Shown: positions 41,978-56,470 of the stretch, piece by piece
Layout: each line of letters starts with the position of its first letter
How positions within the stretch are numbered: position 1 is the first letter of the stretch
Assembly: GCA_964016885.1 (NCBI GenBank)
Contig: OZ024741.1
Location: 54,436,001-54,500,000 of the forward strand
Source: Eledone cirrhosa
Lineage: Eukaryota
DNA length: 64,000 bases
Direction of reading: 5' to 3'
The notes under the pieces: model-generated
What the model was told of the DNA's origin: nothing
What the model saw: the letters and a program-made list of their open reading frames with translations, nothing else
Database searches by the model: none
Program-made: the position numbers and the translations under genes

Positions 41978-42081
41978 TAAAGGATCGTTGGGAGTTGACT
42001 TCTTAGGAAGGCATTTTTAAGTTGAATAGACACACACACACACACATATATATATATCCTTTAAGTCTCTCACAGGGATAC

Positions 42082-42121
42082 TCCTTTGATAATGGGTTTT
42101 TAAACCCGAAATTATTTGGGA
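42082..42121 (+). ncRNA. Minimal hammerhead motif, U3-A8 variant
   Basis: TCCT-TTGATAA-T-GGGTTT-TT-AAACCC-GAAA-TTAT-TT-GGGA. Confidence 0.55.
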
Positions 42122-42223
42122 TTATTAAATTTGCCAATGTAATATTCTATTGATATCTTTGTAATTTTAATATTCTAGTGCATTGTATGGTTTTCAAAAT
42201 TATTTAAATTTGTGTTCTATATT

Positions 42224-42298
<75 letters not shown>

Positions 42299-42315
42299 CT
42301 GTCTGTGTGTATGTG

Positions 42316-42365
<50 letters not shown>

Positions 42366-42468
42366 GCATGTTAGGATTTTTCATAATTATTAATAAATGA
42401 AATTATACATCAACTTCTCTACCTCCATGATTTTTCCACAATCTATGACCTATATATATATATATATA

Positions 42469-42865
42469 TTAATAAAAGGAATTCCAACATTGTCTGATTT
42501 ACTAGTTTTATTTACAATCCTTTAAAATTTATAATGGTATTAGAATGAAATAGTATGGTAGAATATTAAATGTTAAGGGTTAATTGAACAAGACTTTCAT
42601 GCTTTCTTAATCTTCAGGTTCAAATTGTGTGGTGACTGTCAAGTTTGCAATTTTCAACTGTGAAATTTTCAGCAGTTGAAAATTGCAAACTTGACTGTCA
42701 CCACATAATATAAACCTGAAGATTGCGAAAGCATGAAAGTACTTGTTCAATTAACCCTTAAAATTTAATATTCTATCATACTATTTCATTCTAATACCAT
42801 TATAAATGTTAAAGGATTGTAAATAAAACGAGTAAATCAGACAAAGTTGGAATTCCTTTTATTAA
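42469..42865. repeat. Fold-back element (arms about 190 bp) with inverted HHRs at 42584-42623 (-) and 42711-42749 (+)
   Basis: AAC-CTGAAGA-T-TGC-GAAA-GCA-T-GAAA-GTAC-TT-GTT. The arms are reverse complements around 42661-42672. Confidence 0.88.
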
Positions 42866-42919
42866 TATAATCTTCTATACACAATCATACACAGCCGTGT
42901 ATATTTATCTCTCTCTCTC

Positions 42920-42963
<44 letters not shown>

Positions 42964-42972
<9 letters not shown>

Positions 42973-43118
42973 TCCCTCTGATAGTTTGTAAAATTTTTAC
43001 ATAGATCTATATGATATACATACCAACACACACATATATATCCTAGAAAAGATCGTAAAATGATGAATTTTTTAAATATAAGGAACTGTTTCTTTGTTTT
43101 TATTCATTATTTTTATTA

Positions 43119-43168
<50 letters not shown>

Positions 43169-43436
43169 TAATAAAAATAATGAATAAAAACAAAGAAACA
43201 GTTCCTTATATTAAAAAAATTCCTCATTTTACGATCGTTTCTAGGATATATATGTGTGTTGGTATGTATATCATATAGATCTATGTAAATATTTTACAAA
43301 CTATCAGAGGGAATATACATACCTACACATATATATGCTGTCTTCAGAATACATCTTCTCTTTTCATGATATTTGGATTACATTGAGTTCTTCATACGGA
43401 TTGGACACTATCCTATATTTTGGTAGATTTATCTAC
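42964..43436. mobile_element. Second locus of the 1327-1840 HHR family; inverted arms centred on a (TA)n tract
   Basis: Shares both the HHR module and the GTAGATAAATCTAC...GAAGATGTATT module with 1327-1840. Confidence 0.88.
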
Positions 43437-43576
<140 letters not shown>

Positions 43577-43719
43577 TTGATATATCTAATATGAAATAAT
43601 ACACCCAATTTTCCACGCAATACAATTAGCACGCCGAATGTTTAATTAGGAATATACTCACTTATTTCCTAATGTTTGTTGGCCGGAGTATCGCTATTAG
43701 CTTTCTCCGATAATGTATT

Positions 43720-43800
<81 letters not shown>

Positions 43801-44653
43801 TATATATATATATATATTTAACTACATTAAACATATGGATATGACTATCGACGTATATTTATTATACTATAAATATTTGACAATATATTGATTCGATTTC
43901 AAATTCAATAAACCTTCTAAAAGCAAGGAAATCGTATTTGGTGGGGCTACCGAGAAAGAATATCAGTAATTCGAGCCTGTGTTGTTTGAGAAAGCTTATT
44001 AACAATATTATTAAAGGATTATAGAAGTAGAAGATTACTCTGACAGAAACACTGATTATTCCATTTCCATTCTGTATAAACACAAATTCTTTCGCCTCCT
44101 TTTTATTTCTTCTATCTTGTGTTGTTTTGTGTTGTGTTGATTTGTGTTGTGTTGCTTTTTAAATCTTAATACAAGAAATGATTGGAGTTCAGCAAAATTA
44201 AACATGTTTCTCTTTCTTTTACATTATATGTTTGTTCTTTATTCATTTATTCATTTTTTTTATTAAATTCAGAACTCACCGAGTGTTCTAATTTTTTTTT
44301 TCTCCATCGTTGGTGTATGTATATATGTGGTATACATGTATATAAGTGTATGTTCTGTGTAATTTCTTAGTACTTAATGGTGTGTGTGTGTATGTGTATC
44401 GTCTGTGTGTGTGAGTGTGTGAGTGAGTGAGTGTGTGTGTGTGAGTGTGTGTGTGAGTGTGAGAGTGTGTGTGAGTGTGTGTGTGTTTGTGTGAGTGTGT
44501 GTGAGAGTGTGTGTGTGTGTATGTGAGAGTGTGTGTGAGCGTGTGTGCGTATGTGTGAGTGCGTGTGAGAGTGTGTGTGGGTGTGTATGTGTGTGTGTTG
44601 TGTGTCATCGCTTAGTATCTAGCAGTACATGTATGTTCGTTTATATATATATA

Positions 44654-44707
<54 letters not shown>

Positions 44708-45464
44708 CGTGTGTGTGTGTTACGTGCGTATATGTGTATATTGTGCCTATGTGCGTATGTATAGTGTGTGTTCCATGTGGCCTTTACGTGAGTATTCGTT
44801 TATGTATATATGTGGAATATATATATTTGTGTGTTGTTTGTGATCTCTTAGTACTTAGCTGTATGAGTGTATACTTTATATAGGCTTTTTATATCATATG
44901 TAGTAAGAGGGGGCAGGAGGATGTCAGAAAGAAAGAAAGAAAGAAAGAAGAGATAGAGAGGGGGACAACTTGTGTATGGATACACAATTGCTTGTGTATA
45001 TGTTTATATCTATGTGTACATATGTATGTTCTTAAGTGAATGTATGTATGTGTTTTAAGAGTGTGTAGGCATATGAACTTACATATGTACATGTTTGTAT
45101 GCGTGAGAGAAAGTGGGACAAGTAAGAAAGAGAGAGAAAGAGAAAGAGAGCCTGTGTAGTCATACACATTACATTGCATGTAAGCAATGTATGAGTATGT
45201 AGTTAACCGTTCACATGTGTACGTTTGTACATGTTCTTTAGAAATGAGTATTTATGTGAATGCGTGCTTTCGTGAGGTTGTGTATAACAGAGCTTTTATA
45301 TAGTTTGACTATTTTGTGTAAGCTAAGTGTGAATACATATGTGTGTATGTATGAGTATATATTGATATATATTGAGTATATATTTGACTACCTTGTGTCT
45401 TTGTATGCATTTATGTTTGTGTCTGCTGGGTGTCCATACTTGAATTATGTATATGTACTAGATT

Positions 45465-45586
<122 letters not shown>

Positions 45587-46084
45587 TGTGTGTGTGTGTG
45601 TGTGTGTGTGCGTGTATGTGATTATATTTGCAAATATATATGCGTGCATGTCATTATATGTGCATATATATGCGTGTATGTGATTATATGTGCATATATA
45701 TGCGTGTATCTGATTATATGTGCATATATATGCATGTACATGCGTTCAACTGTATAGACATCCTTATCAATAAAGCCTGAGAGCTCCGAAGCATGAGAAG
45801 TCATAAGTACTATAAAGAAAACTAGTATGAATTGACATTGTTTACTATATATATGATTATTGTCTAGAACCATCAGAACTACCAGTGCAGTTGGACCGAC
45901 GAGATTGGCAGGGATAAATAAAACATGAGTCCTGCTGATGAGATGTCATTTCTTCATAAATAATGGAGCCGCTGAGATCGACCTTTATTACATGTCCGTA
46001 TTTGTGGGTTCGGAGGCGAGTATTGTATACAGCTGTAGTAGGGAGTGACATCTGTATAGCAGATACACGTAATTATTATTATTA

Positions 46085-48475
46085 ATAATTGTTTCTACTT
46101 TTGGCACAAGGCCAGCAATTACCCAGTACATTACTGGTACTTTATTTTATCGACCCCGTAAGGATGAAAAGCAAAGTTGACCTCGGCGGGATTTGAACTC
46201 AGAATAGAAAGGGCCGTAAGTCTATGCGTCAAAGCATGACGTCCGACCCTCTACCGATACTGCCAATCCACCGCCTTATTAATAATGGGTTCTGATTCAG
46301 GCACAAGGTCAACAGTTTTAAGGGAGTGGAAAGTCAATTAATTCGGCCCCATTGCGTTATTGGTACTACATGTTATCGACCCCATGAGCATGAATTGCAA
46401 AGCTAAACATAGCAGGAAATGAGCTCAGAACGAAAATAGATGTAAGTGTATACGACAAAGCATGTTGTCCGGCGCTCTACCGATACTGCCAATCCACCAC
46501 CCTTACAATAACAAAAATAAGGGTTTCTGATTTAGGCCAACAATTTTGGAGGAGGGGTTGTCGATTAAATCGATTCTACTGAGTTAGTAGTACTTTATTT
46601 ATCGACCCATTGAGAATGAAAGACACACTTAGACAGGATTTAAACTCAGAGACTGAGTAAGTATCCAAGTCTGCGAAATCAACTGAATTATTATTATTGT
46701 TATTATTAACATCACTGTCATCTTTGTTAACTTTTTGTTTAGTCTTTCAAGACATGGTTTACATCGCTCGTGTATGTTTGTTTCATTTTCCCAGTTATTC
46801 AACCTTTTGCATTGTAATTGGTTTTGAAGTTAAGTGAGACAGTACCTTGGAGAGCTGGGTAGTTTACCTCTACCTGAAGCATTTAGAGGCTAAACCTGTG
46901 TTTAAGATGGCGGCAAAAGATATGGTGTCCGCTAAACGGAATGGCGAGCTGTTCATAGAGTTGAACAGCCAAAATTCTGAAAGCAATGACAGCAGCAGCA
47001 GCAACAACAATAACAGCGGACTGAGCATCAAACGTTATCTCGTGCAAATAAAGCAATCCGTCACGACAACAATTTGGATGGGACTCTGAAGACTAATAAT
47101 GATTTCTAGTATAGGCACAAGGCCAGTAATTTTGGGGAAGGGAAAGTCGATTAAATCGACTCCAGTACATTACTGGTACTTTATTTTATCGACCCCGTAA
47201 GGATACAAAGCAAAGTTAACCTCGGTGGGGTTTGAATTCAGACTGTAAAGGGGCGTAACTCTATGCTGCAAAGCATGGTGTCTGACTCTCTACCGATACT
47301 GCCAATCCACCGCCGTACTCTGAAGACTAATAATAACAGTGTTACCACCACTACCACTACAGACACCATCAACAAGGTCTCTGTCGACAATAATTGCAAC
47401 AGCCGCAACAACGGCAATGACAACAAAAACATCAGTAACAACAGCAAAAACATTAACAAGAAGAACAACGACAAGAACAGCAGCAACAACAGCAACAGCA
47501 ACAGCAACTATGGTAAATACAATGGCAATGACAACGTCAACGACAAAACCAACAGCAAAAGCAATAACAACAACAAAATCATATTCGTAACTACGGCTGC
47601 GAAAAAAACGGAAAGAAATGTTTGGCTGAGGCAGCCAAACTTGGAAAAAGTAGAGAAAACCTAGGCCAACATAAGTGTTGGCAACAGCAGAGAGAGAAAC
47701 AATCTCATATATAACATTATTTGCTTTAAGTCCAAAAAGCCGGAGCTGGCCTCACTATCCCTGGTAGAGGTTTCTATGCAGGCCTTAATGCCAGATATTG
47801 AACACTTGGCAAGGGCTAAGCAGTTCGGGAGAATTTCTGTGCTCTTCAATAGCCAGGCCCTTGCAATGTTAGCAATTTGTGGAGGTAAAGAAAAAGCCGA
47901 TTCTATCGACCCAGTATTTGATTGCTTTTTTTTTCATTTTATCGACTTCGGATGGATGAAAGGCCAAGTTAAACACAGTGGGATTTTAACTCAGATAGTA
48001 AAAATCGGGAACAAATCATGCAAAGCATTTGTCCGATATTCTACTCAATCTGCACTTCCAATGCCATTAAATTAAAGAAAACAATTGTTTCTACTTTAGG
48101 CACAATGCCAACAATTTTGGTGGAAGGGGGAAAATCGATTAAATCGATCCCAGTCCGTTACTGGTGCTTTAATTTATCAGCCCCGTAAGGATGAAAGGCA
48201 AGGCTAACCTTGGCGGGATTTGAACTCAGAACGTAAAGGGCCATAACTCTATCCTGCAAAGCATTTGTGTCTGACGCACTACCGATACCGCTCTTAAATT
48301 AAACAAAATAATTGTTTCTACTTTTGGAACAAGGCCAGCAAATACCCAGTACATTACTGGTACTTTATTTTATCGACCCCGTAAGGATGAAAGGCAAAGT
48401 TAACCTCGGCGGGATTTGAACTCAGAATGGCAAGGGCCGTAACTCTATGCGTCAAAGCAAGGCGTCCGACCCTCT
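46085..48475 (-). mobile_element. Cluster of about 7 same-orientation tRNA-derived SINE copies (~46085-46276, 46285-46503, 46520-46650, 47097-47315, 47880-48060, 48083-48290, 48308-48475)
   Basis: Repeated GGCACAAGGCCAG..TACTGGTACTTTATTTTATCGACCCCGTAAGGATGAAAGGCAAAG..GGATTTGAACTCAGA. Confidence 0.88.
46874..46976 (-). CDS. Candidate 103-bp internal exon of an unidentified host gene (xFWLFNSMNSSPFRLADTISFAAILNTGLASKCF)
   Basis: Minus-strand acceptor GTCATTGCTTTCAG and donor CAG|GTAGAG. Non-repetitive, GC-balanced and open in phase 1. Protein not recognised. Confidence 0.5.
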
Positions 48476-50295
48476 ATGAAATGACGATATATGAACACAG
48501 TTTAATTAAATGATACATGATTAATAAAAACACACGAAACAAAAATATTGGTCTTCCTACCCACACATGTGTGACAAGCTATCACCTATTTTGTGTGAGT
48601 GCCTCCCACAACTGTACGCAGAATCCGCCCTTCGTGTTCAAACCTGTAGGAAGGCGTTTTTATTTATTTCTTTGTCGAAAATAGGATATTGTTTTGATAT
48701 TTTTCAATATTTTATAACTTGGGTGTATTCTCAGAATAATTCCAGAGTTGCTTCTTCGAAAATACTTTCATTATATCGTTTTAATCAAATGCCTCATCCA
48801 TTTTGTCCTATATACTTTGCTTAAATTCTTTAATCTTTAATCTTTTATCTATATTCGTGATCATATATTATTTTTCCAACACATTTTAGTTTCATTTCTT
48901 GAATTGATAACTTACAATCGTTTAACAGATATAATAATTGAATTTAATATATATGCCTTAATTAATATTTCTAGTTTTTTAAATACCTTTAATCAACACA
49001 TTCTAACCAATTTATTTACACCAGTTTACATAAATTTACAATCTACTCTCTAGATCTAATAGCATTTACGCCATTGTAGATTTTAACTACTCAATAACGC
49101 TTCATTAATTCTTTTAGCGATACATGCATAATCACTTTTAAAATTAATTAATATTTCTCCCCCATTAATCAAACTTGTTATTTTGTCTGGTAAAATCTCG
49201 TTTAATTCTCCCTTTACAGATTACAACCTCTACACAAGAGATCTCAACTATGTGTTTTACGAATGCTGTCGCGGAATTTACAATATTATTTACAAATACA
49301 ATGTTCTCTTTATTTAATATTCACAATGTTTCCGCTACAATATTTCTTTCAATTTCTTTCTTATTTGGTATTTAACGATCTCCACCCCCAATGCTGACTA
49401 TCATGCACATCTACTGTTTATATTCGTATTTGTTTATATTCGATTCATGGACTGGTTTTTATGCTATGTTCTTGAGCAAAACACTTCATTTCACGTTTCC
49501 CCCATATACTCAGCTGAAAATGAGTACCAGCAGTAGATGGAAATTTACCCGGCAATGGACTGACATCCTGTTCAAGGGAAAGTCTTGTACTCTCAATCGC
49601 TTAATACCAAGAAAACCGAGATAAGCTGCGGCCTAATGAGACCGACTATAGAATTTTTTAGTCGTATTATATTCGTACACAATATTTGTTCAAATATTTG
49701 CCATACACTTTGTTGCTTCACCGACGATATATTCTAAACTCTTCTTCATTAATTTTCAATTTTAAATGTTCTTATTTCGAATTACACACGTGACCATCTC
49801 ATATAGTTAACTTCATGAAATAAAAAATGTAACCCTCCTTTCATAGATTGTCATGAAATTCTGCTTATATTAACTGTTATTTTCAATTAATATATATATA
49901 TATATTTATGTAATAAGGCAATTATTTCAGTTACCAGTGGTTTCTTGAAAGCAAACAAATTTTGCTTTCAATCATCAGAATGAAAAAATCCTGGTGTATT
50001 TATTGAAATTGGATTTTAAAAACAAAAATATAATCTATATGAAAGTGAGGCTGGAAGGGAAGAAGGAAAGGAAAAATAAACATACATGCACACACAAACA
50101 CACACACAATTACATACACACACATATATACATACACATATATATATATATACATACATATACACATATATATATATATATATACATACATACACATATA
50201 CATACACGTACAAATACACATACATATAAACATAAATACATACACACATACACATACATATACATATACACATACATACACATACACATATACAT

Positions 50296-50336
<41 letters not shown>

Positions 50337-50773
50337 CACATACATATACATACATATACACACACACATACATACAAATACATACACACACATGTATGTG
50401 TGTAAAACTCATTCTTAGAAGTATTCATTGAACCTTGTTTAACTCTTAAATATATATATATACATACATATATATATATACATATATATATGCATATGTA
50501 TATATATATATATATATATACACATACATATACACACACACACATATATGAGAAAACACATAAATATTATATATATATAAAAATAAAAAGGTGAAAGGGG
50601 TAAACAAATAGTTGGGAATACGACAAATAATAAATAAATAAATAATTAGAAAAGGGTATAAATGTTTATAGCTGATTTAGAGCAATCAATAAGTTCCTGG
50701 AGCAAATGATCAATGAAAATATGCATTAAATCACTGTATGTAATTATGCATATACATACACATACATATATAC

Positions 50774-50826
<53 letters not shown>

Positions 50827-50830
<4 letters not shown>

Positions 50831-52129
50831 TAATTTAATATATCAACTAACATAAGCGCACAGATGCACGCCCATGCCAGCAAATACACAGGTTATGTCA
50901 TAGTACCTAGGTGGTTCAATGCAGGAGAATGCAGAACAATAATATAAAGGACGTAAAATAAGAAAATATTTTTTTAAAAAAAATTTAAAAAAAAATTTTT
51001 TTCTTACTTAAATTTTCACTCCAACTAATTAGTTTCTGCAATGGGATAAAGACAGTTATGTAATCCAACTGTCGAGAATTCATTGCGTCATCAGGAAGTC
51101 TATTCTCAGTTAAGTCTCCAGGCAATGCGCGGACACTGGCGGCTCATATAAAAATAATAATAATTCGGTAGATCGAACAGCTTGCGAGGACTGAATTCTA
51201 TGTACCGAAATTCTCACTGCTTCAAGTCAAATGGCCGATTCTAAAGAATCAATCACGTGACACAGAGGCTAGTTAGAAGGAATGGGATGGTAAGATGACT
51301 GACGCCTACTAACACCCCAAACAAATTTTTTTAGAAGTGGTTTTGACAAGTTTGCTCGACAAATCAGTGATTTGGAGATAAATATAGATAATTTAATATA
51401 TCAACTAACATAAGCGCACAGATGCACGCCCATGCCAGCAAATACACAGGTTATGTCATAGTACCTAGGTGGTTCAATGCAGGAGAATGCAGAACAATAA
51501 TATAAAGGACGTAAAATAAGAAAATATTTTTTTTTAATTTTTTTTAAAAAAATATTTTCTTATTTTACGTCCTTTATATTATTGTTCTGCATTCTCCTGC
51601 ATTGAACCACCTAGGTACTATGACATAACCTGTGTATTTGCTGGCATGGGCGTGCATCTGTGCGCTTATGTTAGTTGATATATTAAATTATCTATATTTA
51701 TCTCCAAATCACTGATTTGTCGAGCAAACTTGTCAAAACCACTTCTAAAAAAATTTTTTTGGGGTGTTAGTAGGCGTCAGTCATCTTACCATCCCATTCC
51801 TTCTAACTAGCCTCTGTGTCACGTGATTGATTCTTTAGAATCGGCCATTTGACTTGAAGCAGTGAGAATTTCGGTACATAGAATTCAGTCCTCGCAAGCT
51901 GTTCGATCTACCGAATTATTATTATTTTTATATGAGCCGCCAGTGTCCGCGCATTGCCTGGAGACTTAACTGAGAATAGACTTCCTGATGACGCAATGAA
52001 TTCTCGACAGTTGGATTACATAACTGTCTTTATCCCATTGCAGAAACTAATTAGTTGGAGTGAAAATTTAAGTAAGAAAAAAATTTTTTTTTAAATTTTT
52101 TTTAAAAAAATATTTTCTTATTTTACGTC

Positions 52130-52137
<8 letters not shown>
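50827..52137. repeat. About 1.2-kb near-perfect palindrome (centre ~51540) of an HHR-bearing ~559-bp unit with terminal redundancy
   Basis: 50827-50972 is repeated at 51386-51531; 50944-51535 is the reverse complement of 51545-52135. Confidence 0.92.
51980..52061 (+). ncRNA. Type I hammerhead ribozyme; mirror copy 51018-51099 (-)
   Basis: ACTTC-CTGATGA-C-GCAATG..GACAGTT..AACTGTC..CATTGC-A-GAAA-CTAATTAG-TT-GGAGT. Confidence 0.8.
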
Positions 52138-52180
<43 letters not shown>

Positions 52181-52372
52181 TACACACATACACACACACA
52201 CAGCCATGCAAATATACACATTTATATAATACATATACATACGTATACGTATATATATATATACATATAGGAAAAAGTATGACTGCGACGGCAGAGCTCA
52301 AGCCGTTTCTGAGGCTATTATATATATATACACACATAAACAATTATAAAATAATACACACACAAATATAAA

Positions 52373-52477
<105 letters not shown>

Positions 52478-52962
52478 AATACAACAGAAGCATATAAAAT
52501 ACAATTATATACACACATACATATACATACAGATATATATATAAATATATATACACATACATATACATACATATATATATATATATATATACATATATAC
52601 ACATATACGCAACACACACACACACGCAGAAATAAATATCTAAAAATAAAAAGGTGGGTATGTAAAGGGTAAGGTAGAAAGTAGAGGGGAAATAAGGAAA
52701 ATAAATGATATAGGAAAAGGTTTAAATATAAGGGGAGATAAGGGAGAGAAAGAATATAAGAGTACAGAAAGTGAGTTCAGAAGGTAAAAAACTCGTAGTG
52801 GATGTAAGGCGTAGAGAGCAGAGAAGAAGTTATGTATGTAATTGTGTGTGTGTGTGTGCATGTGTGTTTATTTTTCCTTTCCTTCTTACTTGTCCAGCCT
52901 CACTTTCATATAGATTATATTTTTGTTTTTAAAATCCAATGTCAATAAATACACCAGGATAT

Positions 52963-53023
52963 TTTCATTCTGATGATTGAAAGCAAAATGTGTTTGCTTT
53001 CAAGAAACCACTTGTAAATGAAA
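52963..53023 (+). ncRNA. Type I hammerhead ribozyme; inverted family copy 49925-49985 (-)
   Basis: TTTCATT-CTGATGA-TTGAAAGCAAA-ATGTG-TTTGCTTTCAA-GAAA-CCACTTG-TA-AATGAAA: 7-bp stem I and 11-bp stem II. Confidence 0.85.
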
Positions 53024-53196
53024 TAATTGCCTTATGTTGTTTATTACATAACTATTAAGCTCTGTAACCTACATAGAGCACTCTTTTTTCCTGGACCTTT
53101 CCGACGGAATCACTTCATTTACACATATATATATATATATATATATGTGTGTGTATGTGTGTGTGTGTGAGTGTGTGTGTATGTATGTCTGAATGT

Positions 53197-53279
<83 letters not shown>

Positions 53280-53790
53280 CTTGAGAGTGAGACATAGAGC
53301 CGGAGAGATGGAGGAGAAAGTAAATAGTGTTTGTTTGAAAGCTAGCACATGTGTGAATTGGAAAGTAAATGTTAATCATATGTTACCAATGATGTTGGGA
53401 TATTACCTGGCAGTTCTTTATAAGTCCTTATATTTATATTTATGGATAAAATGCCTTCATCAAAAGATTAATAGAAGAAACTAATTCGATATTTTATATT
53501 TTTTGTCGTTCTGAAGCTGCCATTTTTTTAAATTTCTTTAATTGTATATCAAATTTTAACTATGGATATCTGGCATGTATGAAGGAAAATACGCATTGTT
53601 ATTGAAATGACATGAAGAGAGAAGGCCACAGCTCACATGGTGATGGAGGCTATCGAGAGCCGCTTTTAGGTTTTAATATCAGGAAACAAACGAGTGTCGA
53701 AGAACCTGCTGGACGTTTGAGACCGATTAGGCATATCAACTGCTCCTGGTGTTATGTTTACCAAAATTGAAAGAATATTAGTCATCTCCA

Positions 53791-53853
<63 letters not shown>

Positions 53854-53903
53854 GCATATGTATATATATATATATACACACACACACACATATATATATA
53901 TAA

Positions 53904-53948
<45 letters not shown>

Positions 53949-53983
53949 TATATATATATATATATAAATATATACACACACAC

Positions 53984-54058
<75 letters not shown>

Positions 54059-54289
54059 TTCCTCCCGTTCGCTAGTAGTGGGATTCCTTCAATCTCACAC
54101 CGCATTCACGGCGTACGGTCTGCTTCTCTGACCGCTCATGAAATTCACCCAGATTATGCTGATCGGATAACTATCATGTCGCTTGCTGTTTTCCCAACCT
54201 TCGATTTGCTTTTCCTTCTGTTGTTTACTTGTCTCACTCGCTTTACGCGTTTCACATGTCCCAATAGCTTATTTTAGTTATTGCTCGCA

Positions 54290-54354
54290 CCAATCTGAGG
54301 TATCTGATTTTTAATGCGATGAAATACCAATGATGGTTGGCAAATCACTGATGA
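54290..54354 (+). ncRNA. Candidate non-circularly permuted (pseudoknotted) hammerhead, copy 1
   Basis: CCAATC-TGA-GGTA-TC-TGATTT-TTAATGCGAT-GAAA-TACC-AATGAT-GGTTGG-C-AAATCA-CTGATGA. Confidence 0.55.
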
Positions 54355-54620
54355 GGGAGTAATTTTATAATATGTAATCCATGTGCAACCATGCAGTATT
54401 CTTCTCCCCTTGTTTTTCATATATATATATATATATATATATATGACAAGTAAGTATGTTTTGAAACAGTGAACAGATTTGAAATTAGAAAATAAGAATA
54501 GCTTTCACCGTATTTTTGACTAAAGAAATTTTAGTCTGATAATGGGGTTTAGAACCCTCAGATAAATGGAATAAGATGAGTATTGACGTACATGGGAGTC
54601 GAACCCACATCTTTGGTTAT

Positions 54621-54658
<38 letters not shown>

Positions 54659-54765
54659 CTGAGAGAGAGAAAATGAAATAGTTATATAGAGTGATTGTTT
54701 GAGTGCAAGAGTAATAGATTGCTAGATAATCTTACTACATATACCTTCATATGTATATATATATT

Positions 54766-54888
<123 letters not shown>

Positions 54889-55474
54889 GACATGAATATA
54901 TACTTCTATATGTAAAGTTAATAAATAACAAGAGTGAGAGCAAGCGAGTGAGCGATAAAATTAGCCGTAGACATGGATTGACTGAGGCAGGCAGCGAGGG
55001 AGAAGAGATTATATCCTAACTGTACTGTCTAAACAAAACATGTTAGTCACTTCTATTCAATTCATTCTTATTAAGTTTTCAATTCAAACTATTCAATGTC
55101 TTCATTGGAACTAATCGGTTATTCAACATTATGCTATTCCTTCATGATTTCTATCAACATCAATCACAGATAACTATAGATGTCGCTTCAAACAAAAAAT
55201 GGAAGCAATTCAGAATATTGATATTTGGGAAAATATTGGGAGTGTGGCAGGGGAGGTAACTAAACATTTTACTGCACTATTGCGTTGTACAGAAAATAAT
55301 AACAATATGCACTCTGCTCCCGACGACATATGCATCTACGTATATATTCGTTCGTATCTAGTATATAGACACACAGACATGCACAAACTCACAAACACAC
55401 ACAGAAAGACACACTCACAGACACACACACACAAGTACACACACACATACATACACACATATATACATATATAT

Positions 55475-55536
<62 letters not shown>

Positions 55537-55720
55537 AAATAAAATAAAATAAGTCAAATGTTTAAAATTCGCACTTGGTCGAGTGCTCCACCTGCATACT
55601 GGGTGTTGGTATACAACCGACATATACTAAAATATATATATATATATATAAATATTGGTATTGGATACTTAAAGTGTCCGTATGAGCACTCGGTGCCGTC
55701 ATAGAGCAGAGTATGTTATC

Positions 55721-55991
55721 ACAGAAAAAAGACCATCAGTGTTGCGACGAAAGGAATTTATTGGACATATTACTATTGTTTCTCGGGCGAAAGCTCGAGG
55801 CACGATCGATGTGGTGGTCAAACTTGACTTTGAAATCACGCGGTCCTCGGATACGTCTCGATTTTACGAAGCAGATTTTCCTAATAGGTTTGACCACCAC
55901 ATCGATCCTGCCTCGAGCTTGTCGCCCGACAAACAATTGTAATGTGTGCAATAAATTCCTTTCGTCGCAACACTGATTCTCTTTTTTCTGT
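55721..55991. repeat. Inverted repeat (arms about 104 bp) containing the HHR motif 55764-55857 (-), core CCGAGGA
   Basis: Minus strand reads GACGTAT-CCGAGGA-...-GAAA-CAATAG-TA-ATATGTC. Arms 55721-55824 / 55888-55991. Confidence 0.8.
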
Positions 55992-55992
55992 C

Positions 55993-56116
<124 letters not shown>

Positions 56117-56331
56117 CATATATATATATGTATGTATATATATATGCTCACATTTCAACCAGGTTTGATGGTCTTTATTCTCTCGTTCACGATTTCACCG
56201 AGTTTATATTCATAGAAATCTGGGACTTGTCTCTTTCTTCTCACTTTCTGTTGCTTAAACCATTTTGTTTGTTCACCCTAGCGTCCCCTTTATTTACGTG
56301 TCCCAACGACTTTTTTTAGCCGTTGTTCGCA

Positions 56332-56396
56332 CCAACCTGAGGTATATGGCCTTTAAAGCGATGAAATGCCTAGGACGGTTGGAAGGCCACTGATGA
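56332..56396 (+). ncRNA. Candidate non-circularly permuted (pseudoknotted) hammerhead, copy 2
   Basis: CCAACC-TG-AGGTA-TA-TGGCCTT-TAAAGCGAT-GAAA-TGCCT-AGGAC-GGTTGG-AAGGCCA-CTGATGA. Confidence 0.6.
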
Positions 56397-56470
56397 AGGA
56401 CTTACTTTTTCATATGTAACCCATTTGCAACGCCGCAGCTCCATTATTATCATATATATATATATATATA

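Noticed and set aside
47263-47870. Asn/Thr-rich ORFs and a downstream LINE-ORF1-like peptide (HLARAKQFGRISVLF)
   Set aside because: The first is an (AAC)n-like low-complexity tract; the second is only a vague resemblance with no diagnostic motif.
54585-54622. tRNA-like T-arm on the minus strand (GTGGGTTCGACTCCC)
   Set aside because: No complete cloverleaf; likely a SINE or tRNA fragment. The SINE heads elsewhere are likewise not tRNA genes.
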